Part shown: positions 52,434 through 64,000 of the stretch, one piece after another
Layout: every line of letters begins with the position of its first letter
How positions within the stretch are numbered: the stretch's first letter is position 1
Origin: the human T2T-CHM13v2.0 reference genome, Homo sapiens
NCBI RefSeq assembly: GCF_009914755.1
Contig: NC_060941.1
Length of the DNA: 64,000 nucleotides
Direction: 5' to 3' (one strand)
The notes under the pieces: model-generated
The model's database searches: none
Seen by the model: the letters and a program-made list of their open reading frames with translations, nothing else
Told to the model about the DNA's origin: nothing
Translations under genes and position numbers: made by a program

Positions 52434-52854
52434 TGTGTTAGTCTATATTCTCCTGCTTATAACAGAATACCTGAAACTGGATAATTAATAAAGAAAAAGA
52501 ATTTGTTTCTTACAGCTGTGGAGGCTGGGAGGTTTAAGGTCAAGGGAGTACATCTGGTGGGAACTTTCTTGCTGATGAGGACTCTGTAGAGTCTCAAGGC
52601 AGCATGGGGCATCACATGGCGAGGGGTCTGAGTGCACTAACTTGCTAGCTCAGGTCTCTTTTCCTCTTCTTATAAAGCCACCAATTCCTCCTCCATGATA
52701 ACCTATTCATCCTTTAATTCATGAATGGATGAGTTCATTCTTGAGGGTACAGCCCTTATGGTCCAATCACATGTTAAAGGCCCCATCTGTCAATACTGCC
52801 ACACTGGGGGTAAGTTTCTACATGAACTTTGGAGGGGACATTCGCACAATAGCA
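52434..52854 (-). mobile_element. MST (MSTB2/C-like) solo LTR
   Basis: 'tgtgttagtc...aacagaatacctgaaactgg...catgaactttggaggggaca...atagca'; TSD gtggg/atggg. Confidence 0.88.
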
Positions 52855-53139
52855 ATGGGTATGTAAGATGGAAACCAAGCCCCTTGTGCCCTTTGATACA
52901 TTCACGTGCCTGACTTTTCCTCTTTCCATCTTCCTGATTGTTACTTTCTCTCTTCTGCTCATGGACCATCAGCCTGGGCGTATGCTGATGCTGACCTGTA
53001 AAACTGCTGCCTATCTAGCCATCATCATCCAGCACCCGTGTCAGCACCCTTGCTCTTCTCCTAGATAGTCTTTCTGGAGGGGAAAAAGCAGCAGTCAAAA
53101 CTAACTGTGATGGTGACAGTGGAACTTGATGGAGCATAA

Positions 53140-53442
<303 letters not shown>

Positions 53443-54082
53443 GATGGAGCATAATTGTAAAATAACTTTCTTTTCCCCTCTCAGGAATATCTGACAAACC
53501 AACCTTATCAACCCTTCCTACCCACCCAAAGATGTTGTCTCAGGCAGGTTCCTCAATTTCCTGTCACTTTCAGGAAATGAAAAGTTCTTAGGTCACTGCT
53601 GGTTTCAAAATAGTATGATTTCAGTGATACAATGTCCAGTCTTCTGCAGTTCTTAAAAAATCTGAACTCTAAGTTTCTTGCCATTTCCCCTGGAATCTTG
53701 GAGTGGAACACAGCTATGCAATTGAGTTCTTGAGAGCAAGTTTTTGGAGAACAGATGGGGGACATGGATGTTCTGTTTGACTGGTGCTATCATGATTTGA
53801 CTCTGGAGTCAGATGGGGTTAGAGGATATTCCAAGATGGGATTCTTCCTTTAGGCACATTCGTGAGGTCTTTGGCGTCCCTTCCCGTGGGCTCCGCTGTA
53901 CCGCACAGCCCCAGATGTGGGCAATGTATTCCCCATGCAGTATCTTATGACCTTTCCACCTTGACTCCTATTACAAGCAGAGCTGCTTGGGAAGGGGTCT
54001 CCCTGCTCTAGTAGGCCACCCTCTCTTGGCAGGGACCCTTAGGAGTGGTTCTTTGTCTTGCCATTGCAGGTGGCTTAGCATA

Positions 54083-54411
54083 TAATGGTCCCTCTTTATT
54101 GGAGGTTTTGCTTTCTATGGTTTTGGTTACCCACGGTCAACCACAGTCCAAAAACAGGTGAGTATGGTACAATGAGATATTTTGAGAGAGAGAGAGGCCA
54201 CATTTACATAACATTTATTGCAGTATATTGTTATAGTTGTTCTGTTTTATTATTAATTGTTAATCTCTTACTGTGCCTAATTTATGAGTTAAACTTTATC
54301 ATAGGTATGTATAGGAGTAAACAGTGTATTTAGGGTTTGGTAGTATCATTGGCTTCAAGCAGCTGCTGAGGCTTTTAGAATGTATCCCCTACAGATATAG
54401 AGGGACTGCTG
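54083..54411 (-). mobile_element. MER44A (Tigger7-derived MITE)
   Basis: 'ggttacccacggtcaaccacagtcc..aggtgagta..gttaatctcttactgtgcctaattta..aaactttatcataggtatg'; TA flanks. Confidence 0.88.
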
Positions 54412-55933
54412 TACTCAAAGAGAAGCAGATCACACTCTCCAAGTGGTTTCCTTGAAGCCTCTCTGCTAGGCTTGAGGTAGAGGCAGTGGCACCAGATAAC
54501 ACCTCCATATAATCCAGGAACAATGGGCTTCAAAGCACTCTTCTCCCTCAGACTTCTCAACCTCCATGTTCTGTGCCTCACCAGGGTGTTGAGCTAGGGC
54601 TGAGCTTGTTTTTGGTGGCTTCTTTCACATATCTGCATGTGTAATGTAGCATCCTAAATGTGGGATTATTATTATTATTATTTACCTATTGTTTAGCTCT
54701 CACTTTGACTGAGGAGATGATTCTTAGCCAAATCAGAAGAAAAATAACAGTTAAAATGAAGCTGTATGCTGAGAGTTAAACTCTGTGCTATTTGATCTGT
54801 GGTGAAAAGGGTAAAAAAAGAAAAATCACAGCTGTTTTGGTTTATTCCTGTGCTATTTCCTGTGTTTATTCCAAAAGCCCATTCCTCTCAACTACCATTG
54901 CCTCATTTACTTTTATTTGTCAGTGGATTTTGATGGCGATAAACTCTAATACAGATATAAGCATTGTCAAAGACAGACAAAAATATGTGGCAGCCCAGCC
55001 GGCTTTGCTTATGATAATTTTTGACCATCATTAAATAAAAGAAACCACACTGCTATTTGCCCTGGACCAGGCTGCACAGAGTTTTCCATTTGTAAAGCAT
55101 CTTGGTAGCAGATCAGTGTGTGCGATTCAGTGCATCTGCTCTGCTGACCTTGGATTTGAGGCTCACATTTGAAAGCCCTGCTTGTCTGCTGTGTCTCTGG
55201 TGCCTCATTGTGCAAGGCATAAATTCCCAGTGGGAACCCACCTTGGACCCCAGTGAACCTCAGTTTCTGCTGGTCTCTCTTTGTGACTTTTCCAGGGCGT
55301 TCAAAAGTATATTTCCTGTGCGCTGCAGAGTTCATGTTTTAAATCAGACCACTGGAAATGTACCTTATGATGTTGAAGGAAACTCACTCAGCTTTGTGTG
55401 TGTGTGAGACACGGTGATAGGCAGATTTCATATAAATGTGTTTGCGTATAAATTAGTGAGTGTAGAAATGAAAAAGCTTCAAAAGTTAAAATCAGAGGTT
55501 ACAATTTATTTCCACAAGCAGGAAATCCAAGAAACTTTCAGAAGCTGTTCATACAAGTTTTAAGAATACAAGGCACCCTTGAATCAATTAACTCATGTAT
55601 GAATATATAAGAAAGTTAGAGGATATTTACAAACCAGCTCTCATAAAATTTAAGTTAAATCTCTACTTAATTTATATCAGATAATGCTAAAGTAAAGTTT
55701 CTATCTGATCCGTATACTACAAAAGGACAAAGAGTATTTCTGTTTTATTGAAGGATTTTAAAATTCTAAGGCCAATTTACTTGTAACCTTGAGACTATGA
55801 ATATTTTTAGACAATACATTTATTAGAATATTTATTCTGAAAACTGTTAGTTAAGGTTGTAAACTTTGCTATAGGAGGTGAATTTTACCCACCAATCTTG
55901 AGATAATTAACCCATTAACTGCTGCTTCACTGA

Positions 55934-56341
<408 letters not shown>

Positions 56342-56598
56342 CATATACATTTTTTTAAAAAGTAACTCCCACATTTAAATTTAAAATGCAGTGCAGAATC
56401 CTTGTTTACATTATCTAAGGGTCTAGAATCTCCAATGCAAGATGCTTAAAGAGAGAATTTATTTTTGCTTCTTTTCCTGGGAATCTACAAACAAGCATAT
56501 AAATGGGCCTCAAGCTGAGGAGGTGTGATGGTTTAGAGAGAGGCTGGCATTTTCTATCCGTTGGAAATTCGCTTTAACTCAATATCATGTACTGAAAT

Positions 56599-57517
56599 TA
56601 ATAGAAGCAGGAGGCAGAGAAATCCTAGGCAGACAGGGGCAGGTCCCCAGTGAAACCCCACCTTCAGGCCAAAAACAGCCTGAAATCTGTGGTCCAGAGT
56701 GAGAACTTCTATTCCTATTCGCCTGATCTCTCCTGATTGGCTCTTCCTGAATAATGCCTTCGAACCAATTGTATGTTGCCTTTTCCAATACTGCCTAAGG
56801 CCCACCCTTCCCCCATCCAGTCCCTATAAAGACCCCAGACTCAGTCGGTAGAGGGGAAACAGCCTGACTTCAGGGAGGAGATGGCATGACTTTGGGGAAG
56901 AGACCTCCTGACTTTGGGGGAAGACGACTTGCCCTTCCCGTTCCCTCTCCAGCTTCCCTCTCCTCTGAGAGCTGTTTTCATCACTCAATGAAATTCCCCA
57001 CCCTCCACATGTGCCCTAAAACTTAAAGTATAATAAAAAAAATTCTCCACCCTCACCATCCTTCAATCATCAAGCATGACCTTATTATTCTTGGATACTG
57101 GACAAAAGCTCGGGACTCACTGAGTGTGGGTACCCAGAAAGGCTGTCACACTGGCCCTTTGCCATTGCTGGTGGAGTGCAGCCACCCCATGTGATGGGAC
57201 CAGGGGCCAACTGAGCTGCTAACACACTGCCATCCATTGGGGTGTGGACAGTGGAACTGAAAGAACTAATTAGCACACTAACACCCCCTTTGGGGCTTCA
57301 GGCTCACAGGCACCCTTGCCTGGGCAACATTGCATTCATGCAGTGTTGGCCGTGGGTTCTGCATGGAGCTTGCTCCTGTGTCAGCAGAGCAGCCAACTAG
57401 ATCCCACACTTACTCCCTCAAATGCTCCCTCACACAAGGGCCTGAGCACAGCAGGCCAAGTAGACGGAGTGCCCCTGCTGGAAGTCCAGCAAAGGGGCCG
57501 AGAAAATTCCTGCATCA
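56599..57517 (+). mobile_element. ERV1-class solo LTR (LTR1/LTR27/LTR28-related)
   Basis: 'taatagaagcaggaggcagagaaatcctaggcagacagggg...' to 'gaaaattcctgcatca'; CCAAT boxes and TATAAA at 56825; TSD aaat/aagt. Confidence 0.8.
57006..57039 (+). mobile_element. Extremely 5'-truncated L1PA with 15-bp TSD
   Basis: cacatgtgccctaaaacttaaagtataataaaaa matches the L1PA 3' terminus; TSD aaattc(c/t)ccaccctc at 56991-57005 / 57040-57054. Confidence 0.9.
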
Positions 57518-57759
57518 AAGTTTACTGTACCAAGCCCAGCAATGGACACAGGGGACCCAGAGGTAAATGACAGTAGTTGTTCTTCCTTTCTGAAGGCAGA
57601 ACACCTTTATTTATGAACACGTATCCTTATTCCCAACACAGATATCTGCATAAATTTAGAAATTCATGTGTCACCTTAGCCTATCCACAGGGAAATCAGG
57701 AATTTATGGATTTTCCCTGATTAAAGAAGCTTGAGTCTGGAGGAAGAGACGATCCACTC

Positions 57760-58050
57760 TCAAACAGCAAACATTTATTTCCCACAGTTCTGGTGGATGG
57801 GAAGTCCAAGGTCAATGTGCTGGCAGGCCTCGTGTCTAGTGAGGCTCACTTCCTTGTGTGCGGATGGCCATCTTCTCACTGTGTCCTCACATGGTGAAGA
57901 GCAGAGGGAGAAAACCCATGGCTCCTCCTCTCTTATGAGGACTCTAGTCCCATCAGGAGGGTTCCATCCTCATGACCTAGTCACCTCCCAGTACCATCAT
58001 GTTGGGGATTGGGTTTCAACTTGGGGGACACAAACATTCAGTTCATAGAA
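57760..58050 (-). mobile_element. MLT1A0-like LTR
   Basis: 'catttatttcccacagttctgg..gggaagtccaagg...ctcactgtgtcctcacatgg...gggggacacaaacattcag'. Confidence 0.85.
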
Positions 58051-59754
58051 AGCTGAATGACCACTGAGGTCTCTGAAAGACAGGAGGCCCTAGGTAGGAG
58101 TTTATGAAATGGAACAGCTGATTTGCTAGGACTCTTTAAATGATTCTCCATGAATCCAGCTGCTTGTATCACTCTTCATCTCACCCAGCTCTGTGGTGGA
58201 ATGTGGAAGCAAAGAGAAGTTGCCCTGGTCCCTAGCTTAACTGCTCTTTCTCCACCCGAATACACTGTGATGGATGCTTTATTTGTAAATAATTCAGAGC
58301 AAGCCTTTGGAGTTGGGCAGGACACAGTTCAGAATTCACCTCCCTGACCCCTAGTGTCTTCCTGTGTAAAGCGAAAGCTGGCCTCATACAGTTGGTGTAA
58401 ACATTTAATGGAGGAATGCATTTGTACAGCACCTAGACAGTGGCTGGCACAAAATACAGGCTTAATGTAGGCTTGTTGTTTTTGTTGTTCTTGTTGTTGT
58501 TTTTGCCACGACTGCTATTTGACAGTAAGGTACAGGCCCTGGTTCTGGGCATGAAGAAGTTCACTCTATGCCAACTCTTACCACTGTTTGATGATGCTAA
58601 TTTTTTTCCCAGGCACCCCACTACATTTTCCAGGTTGTAAATCTGCCTCTCACCCTTGTAGCCAGCTGCCTCTTGAACAGGAACCAATTCTCTGCAATCA
58701 AGCCCATGGAGACAGCAATTCCCCATCCCCACATCAGCTGGGTACTCACAGCTTTATCGCTCTCCTTGGTTAGAATTGAAATACTTTATAGCATTAATGC
58801 TTTTCAGATTGAAACCTGCAGGGCTGGTTTTTCAATTTCCCCCCTGGGACTGTAGCAGAACTTGTCTTCCAGAAGACAGACTCATTGTGAGGTCTCTGAC
58901 AAGGCTCTAAACCCACCTGGCTGGCTGGAATAGCACCTTCTGGCACAAAGGAACATTCATTGTCTGGGTATTATTTGTCTATCTGTGGTCAATGGGCTAT
59001 CAGCAAGAAAGATACCCAGGACCACTACTGCTAAAGGGGACAGTGGGGATTGGGGGACTGATCACATTTATTGCTCACAATGTAACAGGCACTGAACTAA
59101 GAGCTCTGTCCTCAAGTGATTCTGGGAGCCAGGGTAAGAATAAAACTACATAGTAACTTACTATGGCAATTGTGGGGTACAAGTATTTATAATGGCAACA
59201 GCCCCTTAGCTCGTTCTGGTGTGTTCTGGGTGGATGTCTGTGCTGAGAATAAGAAAATTATCACCATTCCTCAAACAAACAGCAGTTATGGAGACTGAGG
59301 ACCAGGGAGATCAAAATAATTCATCCCAGGTTGCACAGTAAGTGGCAGAGTCTGGGTGCAACCCTAATCTGATCTGTGTGGCACATTTGGGCACCTTCTG
59401 TCTCACTGCCCTGCATTCCATGTGTGCAAACTCTGCTGTCAGCCTGGATTTTCTTTCTGACTCTACATCTACATAACATGTCTTCTTTCCATCTCCTCCT
59501 CTTCCTTTGTATTGCTGTTTTTTAAGCCTGTGCCTGTGGGTAGAAATTGAATCTGAGCTGAGGCCCCACAGAACTTACATTAGTGTTTTTTTTTTCAAGA
59601 TGCCAGGACTCTGGTTTTGCCTGAGGGCTGAGCTTGTTGGAGTTTCTGGCACAGGCCTGCAGGGCCTTTTCCCTGTCTCACTGCAAAACCCAGCAAAAGT
59701 TCTTGGGGAGCTGTTGGTCAGATCAGCATTAGAGATCACTCGTGTTGTGGTGTT

Positions 59755-59905
59755 ATTCATTTTTTTAATTGATACATAATGATTGTACATATTTCTGGGC
59801 TTCATGTGATCTTTTGATACAGGCAAAAGATCAAATATGTAGGGATCAAATCGTGGTAATTAGATTTCCATCACTTCAAACAGTTATCTTGTTTTTCTGT
59901 TGGGA
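59755..59905 (-). mobile_element. L1MA 3' end fragment
   Basis: 'ttttaattgatacataatgattgtacatatt...gatcaaatc..ggtaattag..tccatcacttcaaaca'. Confidence 0.8.
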
Positions 59906-59985
59906 TGGAGATCACTTTTATGCATTCGTGCATACTATACTATATACTAAATGTAGACTGTATATATAGTATGTAGTATGTAAAT

Positions 59986-60595
59986 TGTTGGGACTCAGAA
60001 AATAATACCCAAAATGAAGTAGCAGCCTCAGAAGCAGAAGCTTTTCTCTGGTTTTCTCCTGTCTTCCTGCCTATCAGTCCCATTTTCCCCTGAGGCCAAC
60101 CAGAGACACTAGAATCCCTCTTTCCCAAGGAGAGTCACAGGAGCAGAACCCCTTTTCCTGAAAGCCAGCTGTAAAACCTAAAAATATTCTATGTAAAAAT
60201 AGACCATAAATAAATGATCTAACTGCCTTGTTTGACTATGGGTCATAAGACCCTCATTCCAGAGAGGGTCCTGTCCCACATCCAGAGGAAAGGAATGAAT
60301 GCTCAGAGAAGGCTGGAAGAATCTAGACAGGCCAGCCTTGCTGGGTTTTCCTAAGCAGTCTATTAGCATTAGATCATACCCTTTTTAGCCAATCATATTT
60401 CTACACAGCTGTCCATATTTTGTTGAACTTAAGTATAAAGATGGACAATTTTCCCTGTATGTTTGGGTCTTCATTCTAAAGGCTCCTGTGTTACACATTA
60501 AATAAATTTGTATGTCTTTTCTCCTCTTCACCAATCTGCTTTATGTGTGTGATTTCTCAGGAAACCTGTACGGGGCCAAGGACCTTGGCCCCACA
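59986..60595 (+). mobile_element. MER39-like (ERV1) solo LTR inserted in a TA-rich tract
   Basis: 'tgttgggactcagaaaataatacccaaaatgaag..gcagcctcagaagca...ccttggccccaca'. Confidence 0.85.
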
Positions 60596-60799
60596 ATATG
60601 TATACTATGTATTATGTATGTAGTATGTATACCTATATATACATATGTGGTATACAAAGATACACTATATCCTATACTGTATGTGTACTATGCCATACCA
60701 CTTTAGACGAGGAAGAAAGGGAACTAATGTTTCCTAGGCTCTCAATATGCACCAGGCACTTGACTCTTTATCACACTCAATCCTAAAACCTGTCTCTTG

Positions 60800-61048
60800 A
60801 GGAAAGCGGGGAGGCTTGGGCTTCCTATCAGTGAGGCGGAGACTCAAATCCCAGCTTGGCCACTTACTGGCTGTGTGGTCTTGTTGAAATTATATAACAT
60901 GTTCTTCATTTGAAAACCGGATACTTCCCAAAGAATGAGTTTGTTGGCCAAGTGTGGGGGCGGATTAAAAGCTATAAGGCATGGAAAAGTGTTTAGCGTG
61001 GTACCTGGCACACAGCAAGTGCTTAATAAGTGGAAACGACTGTTATTT
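60800..61048 (+). mobile_element. MIR
   Basis: 'tcaaatcccagcttggccacttactggctgtgtggtctt...cctggcacacagcaagtgcttaataa'. Confidence 0.85.
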
Positions 61049-61442
61049 GTGCCTACTGCAGATGAAGAGGGTACACACAAGTCACATATTCACGGCCATC
61101 TGACTCAAATGTAGTGAAATGGTTCAAACTCCTGACACATTATACCAGATGATGCTTTTTGTTGAATAACTTCTAAAACTTTGTGTCTAGTAAGTTTAAA
61201 CTGCATAGGGATTGAAAATCTTTCAGAAAATGACACTAAGAATTCAACTACTTTTTTTTTTTAAATCATACAATGAACTCCCTTTGTAATGGGCTACACT
61301 CTAGAGGATGGGTGGTCACAAGGAAAGCACTTGCAATAAGGTAAGAGCTATTTCTTTCCTAACTAATAACTTTTCACACCCCAGATTGCCATTAAAACCC
61401 CCAAAGGCAGGGAGACTGCTGCTCAACTGAGCAGAGAATTAG

Positions 61443-62003
<561 letters not shown>

Positions 62004-62309
62004 CATAGGTTTAGTCTTCTCGACCTTCCTGGGAAGTATGCAGCATTATCTTCATATCACAGTTTTAAAAACTAAAGCTCAGAGAGGTAAAGTTACTGAC
62101 ATTTTAAATGTCACCCAGACAGTAAGTGGCATGGGCAAGATAAAAATGGTAGGCTCTCTGGCTCCCAAGCTCATATTTCTTCCCCTGCATCAGGAGTTAG
62201 GAAATCTGCTCCCAACTCTGGCTGTGACATTAATTTGTTATTTCAGAATCGCTTTTCTCTCATGCCCCATTTTTATTCAAAATGATGGGTCAAGGAAATT
62301 TGGGTGAGG

Positions 62310-62485
62310 TCAGATATGGCTAATGGATTTCACCCAAAGGCCAACTTTGATCAATTGGTAGCAGCTGCTTGGAGCTATGGGTTGAATGAGAGTCTGAGGT
62401 CATGTCTAGGCTCATTAGGAAAGAGTGCTGTGATTGATTTGTGATGTCTGCCTTGGGCATAGATATGGATGACTGGAATGGTTCA
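62310..62485 (-). mobile_element. MER102 (hAT-Charlie) fragment
   Basis: 'gccaactttgatcaattggtagcagctgcttggag...ggaaagagtgctgtgattgatt.gtgatgtctgcc'. Confidence 0.7.
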
Positions 62486-62499
62486 CTGAAGTGCTGTGA

Positions 62500-62832
62500 T
62501 TGTTGTGGTTGTCACCACAGCTCATTTCAAGATGGCTGCTCCACCTCAGCCTGCCATCTCTATTTTTAAGCAAGAGAAAAAAGAAGGAAGGAGAAAGGGG
62601 GAAAGGAGCATATCTGCATCTGGAAAGCAAAACATTTTCCAGAAATTCCTAGCAAACTTCTTTTATATCCCATTGACCAAAATTGTATGACATAGCAACA
62701 CCTTGTTAAATGGGAGTTTGGAGACATACACACTTTAATTGGGCTCATTTCTGCCACTCAAAATGACTAGAATTCTGCTAGTAAAGAAATGGAGTCTGAA
62801 TATTGTGCAGGAAACCAGCAGTGTCTGCAACA
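62500..62832 (-). mobile_element. MLT1J-like LTR
   Basis: 'caagatggctgctccacctc...cccattgaccaaaattg...ttctgctagtaaagaa...cagcagtgtctgcaaca'. Confidence 0.7.
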
Positions 62833-63885
62833 TGTACCATCCCTAGACTGAATATCTTTATGGTCAGTTCCAGCCAAGTCAGCCATAGGATAATTCAGCA
62901 AATTTACTTCTTTTCGGGTACAATGATGAATTTTTCAATGACTGTGCAGTCCCTGGTTCATGAGGGATCCTTAACAGGTATTTGGTGTGAGGGAACCCAG
63001 GCCAATGCAACAGTCCCTAGTAGTTTAATCCAGGAGGACAGAGTATCCAAAAGAGACATATCCTGAAGAGCAATGCTCAGAAAGCCATGGAGTGACCTGA
63101 GCATACTGTGCAAGGCTTGGAAGCGATCCCATCCGGGCTTGGGAGAGACAGGAGAGGGATAACATGGAGAGTTCTGAAGAACAGGGAGGGTTAACTTTGT
63201 TTGCCAAGTGAGACTCCATGATGGTCAGAGCTGGCTGGGAGGCTACTGCAGCCTCCTCACATTACAAATTGGGAAACAGAGTTCCAGTGAGACAAAGAGA
63301 GCTGTTTCAAGTTGCATGGCAAGTTCACTACAAAACCAGAGTAGAACCCATATTCTGACTCCCAGGCACAGAGGATGCAGCAGTACACTGGGACTCAGCA
63401 TCTGCCTTCATGGGCTGACACTCTGGGAGTATGAGTGGTAAGATACTAAAGCTGATTAACATGAAGTATTTCTTGACAGCTGGAAGAATTATGTGAATGA
63501 AGAGTACGTGAGCAAATAACAGGAGATCTGTAGGTGCGAAACGAATGAAAGGATAAAGTTTGAGCTGAGATCTAAAATCTGTGTGGGAGTTAAGCAGGTA
63601 TCTACAGCAGGGTCCCATAGTGTGCATCTGTGTGTGGTGAGTGATGTGCGTGTGTAATGTGCATGTGTATGTGCTGTGTGAGCACATGTGCATGTTTGTG
63701 GTATGTGTGTGTGGTGAGAAAGTGTCCCTGGCAGAGGGAACTGAGTCTGTATGATGCTGCAATTCTTTGTCCACCTCCTCCTGACAGTGAGTCTCATGTA
63801 AGCTCAGCTCTTCCACTCTCTGTGCTGTCCTTGGGGCTCTGACCTTCAGTGATTCCTATAGGGTTGGTGTTATAGACTGAATGTC

Positions 63886-64000
63886 AGACTGGACGCTGTG
63901 GCTCACACCTGTAATCCCAGCACTTTGGGAGGCCGAGGAGGGTGGATCACCTGAGGTCAGGAGTTCGAGACCAGCTTGACTGACATGACGAAACACCGTA
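63886..64000 (+). mobile_element. AluS 5' part, cut by window edge
   Basis: 'gtggctcacacctgtaatcccagcactttgggaggccgagg..ggatcacctgaggtcaggagttcg'. Confidence 0.92.

Overview
Primate genomic DNA, almost certainly human because it carries an AluYa5. It is non-coding (intergenic or deep intronic). I see no credible protein-coding exon, tRNA/rRNA/snRNA gene, CpG island or CRISPR array. The supplied ORFs are Alu, L1, MaLR or low-complexity read-throughs, or chance frames. About half the window is nested transposon fossils: Alu J/S/Y, L1M, L2, MIR, MaLR LTRs (THE1, MST, MLT1), MLT2, ERV1-class solo LTRs (MER57, MER39, LTR1/LTR27-like) and DNA transposons (MER2, MER44A, MER81, MER102, Zaphod-like hAT). 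I cannot support a new biological system. The most unusual structure is a series of locally templated duplications: a ~310-bp inverted duplication of an LTR end plus flank, a two-template direct+inverted patch and a 52-bp near-perfect copy inside one L1, a 57-bp dispersed direct repeat, and an inverted L1 patch. Also notable are a near-pristine AluYa5, a 34-bp micro-L1 with TSD at an LTR poly(A) signal, a perfect 58-bp AT-rich palindrome and a strong CTCF motif. Subfamily names were recognised by eye from remembered consensus sequences, and edges of old repeats are approximate.
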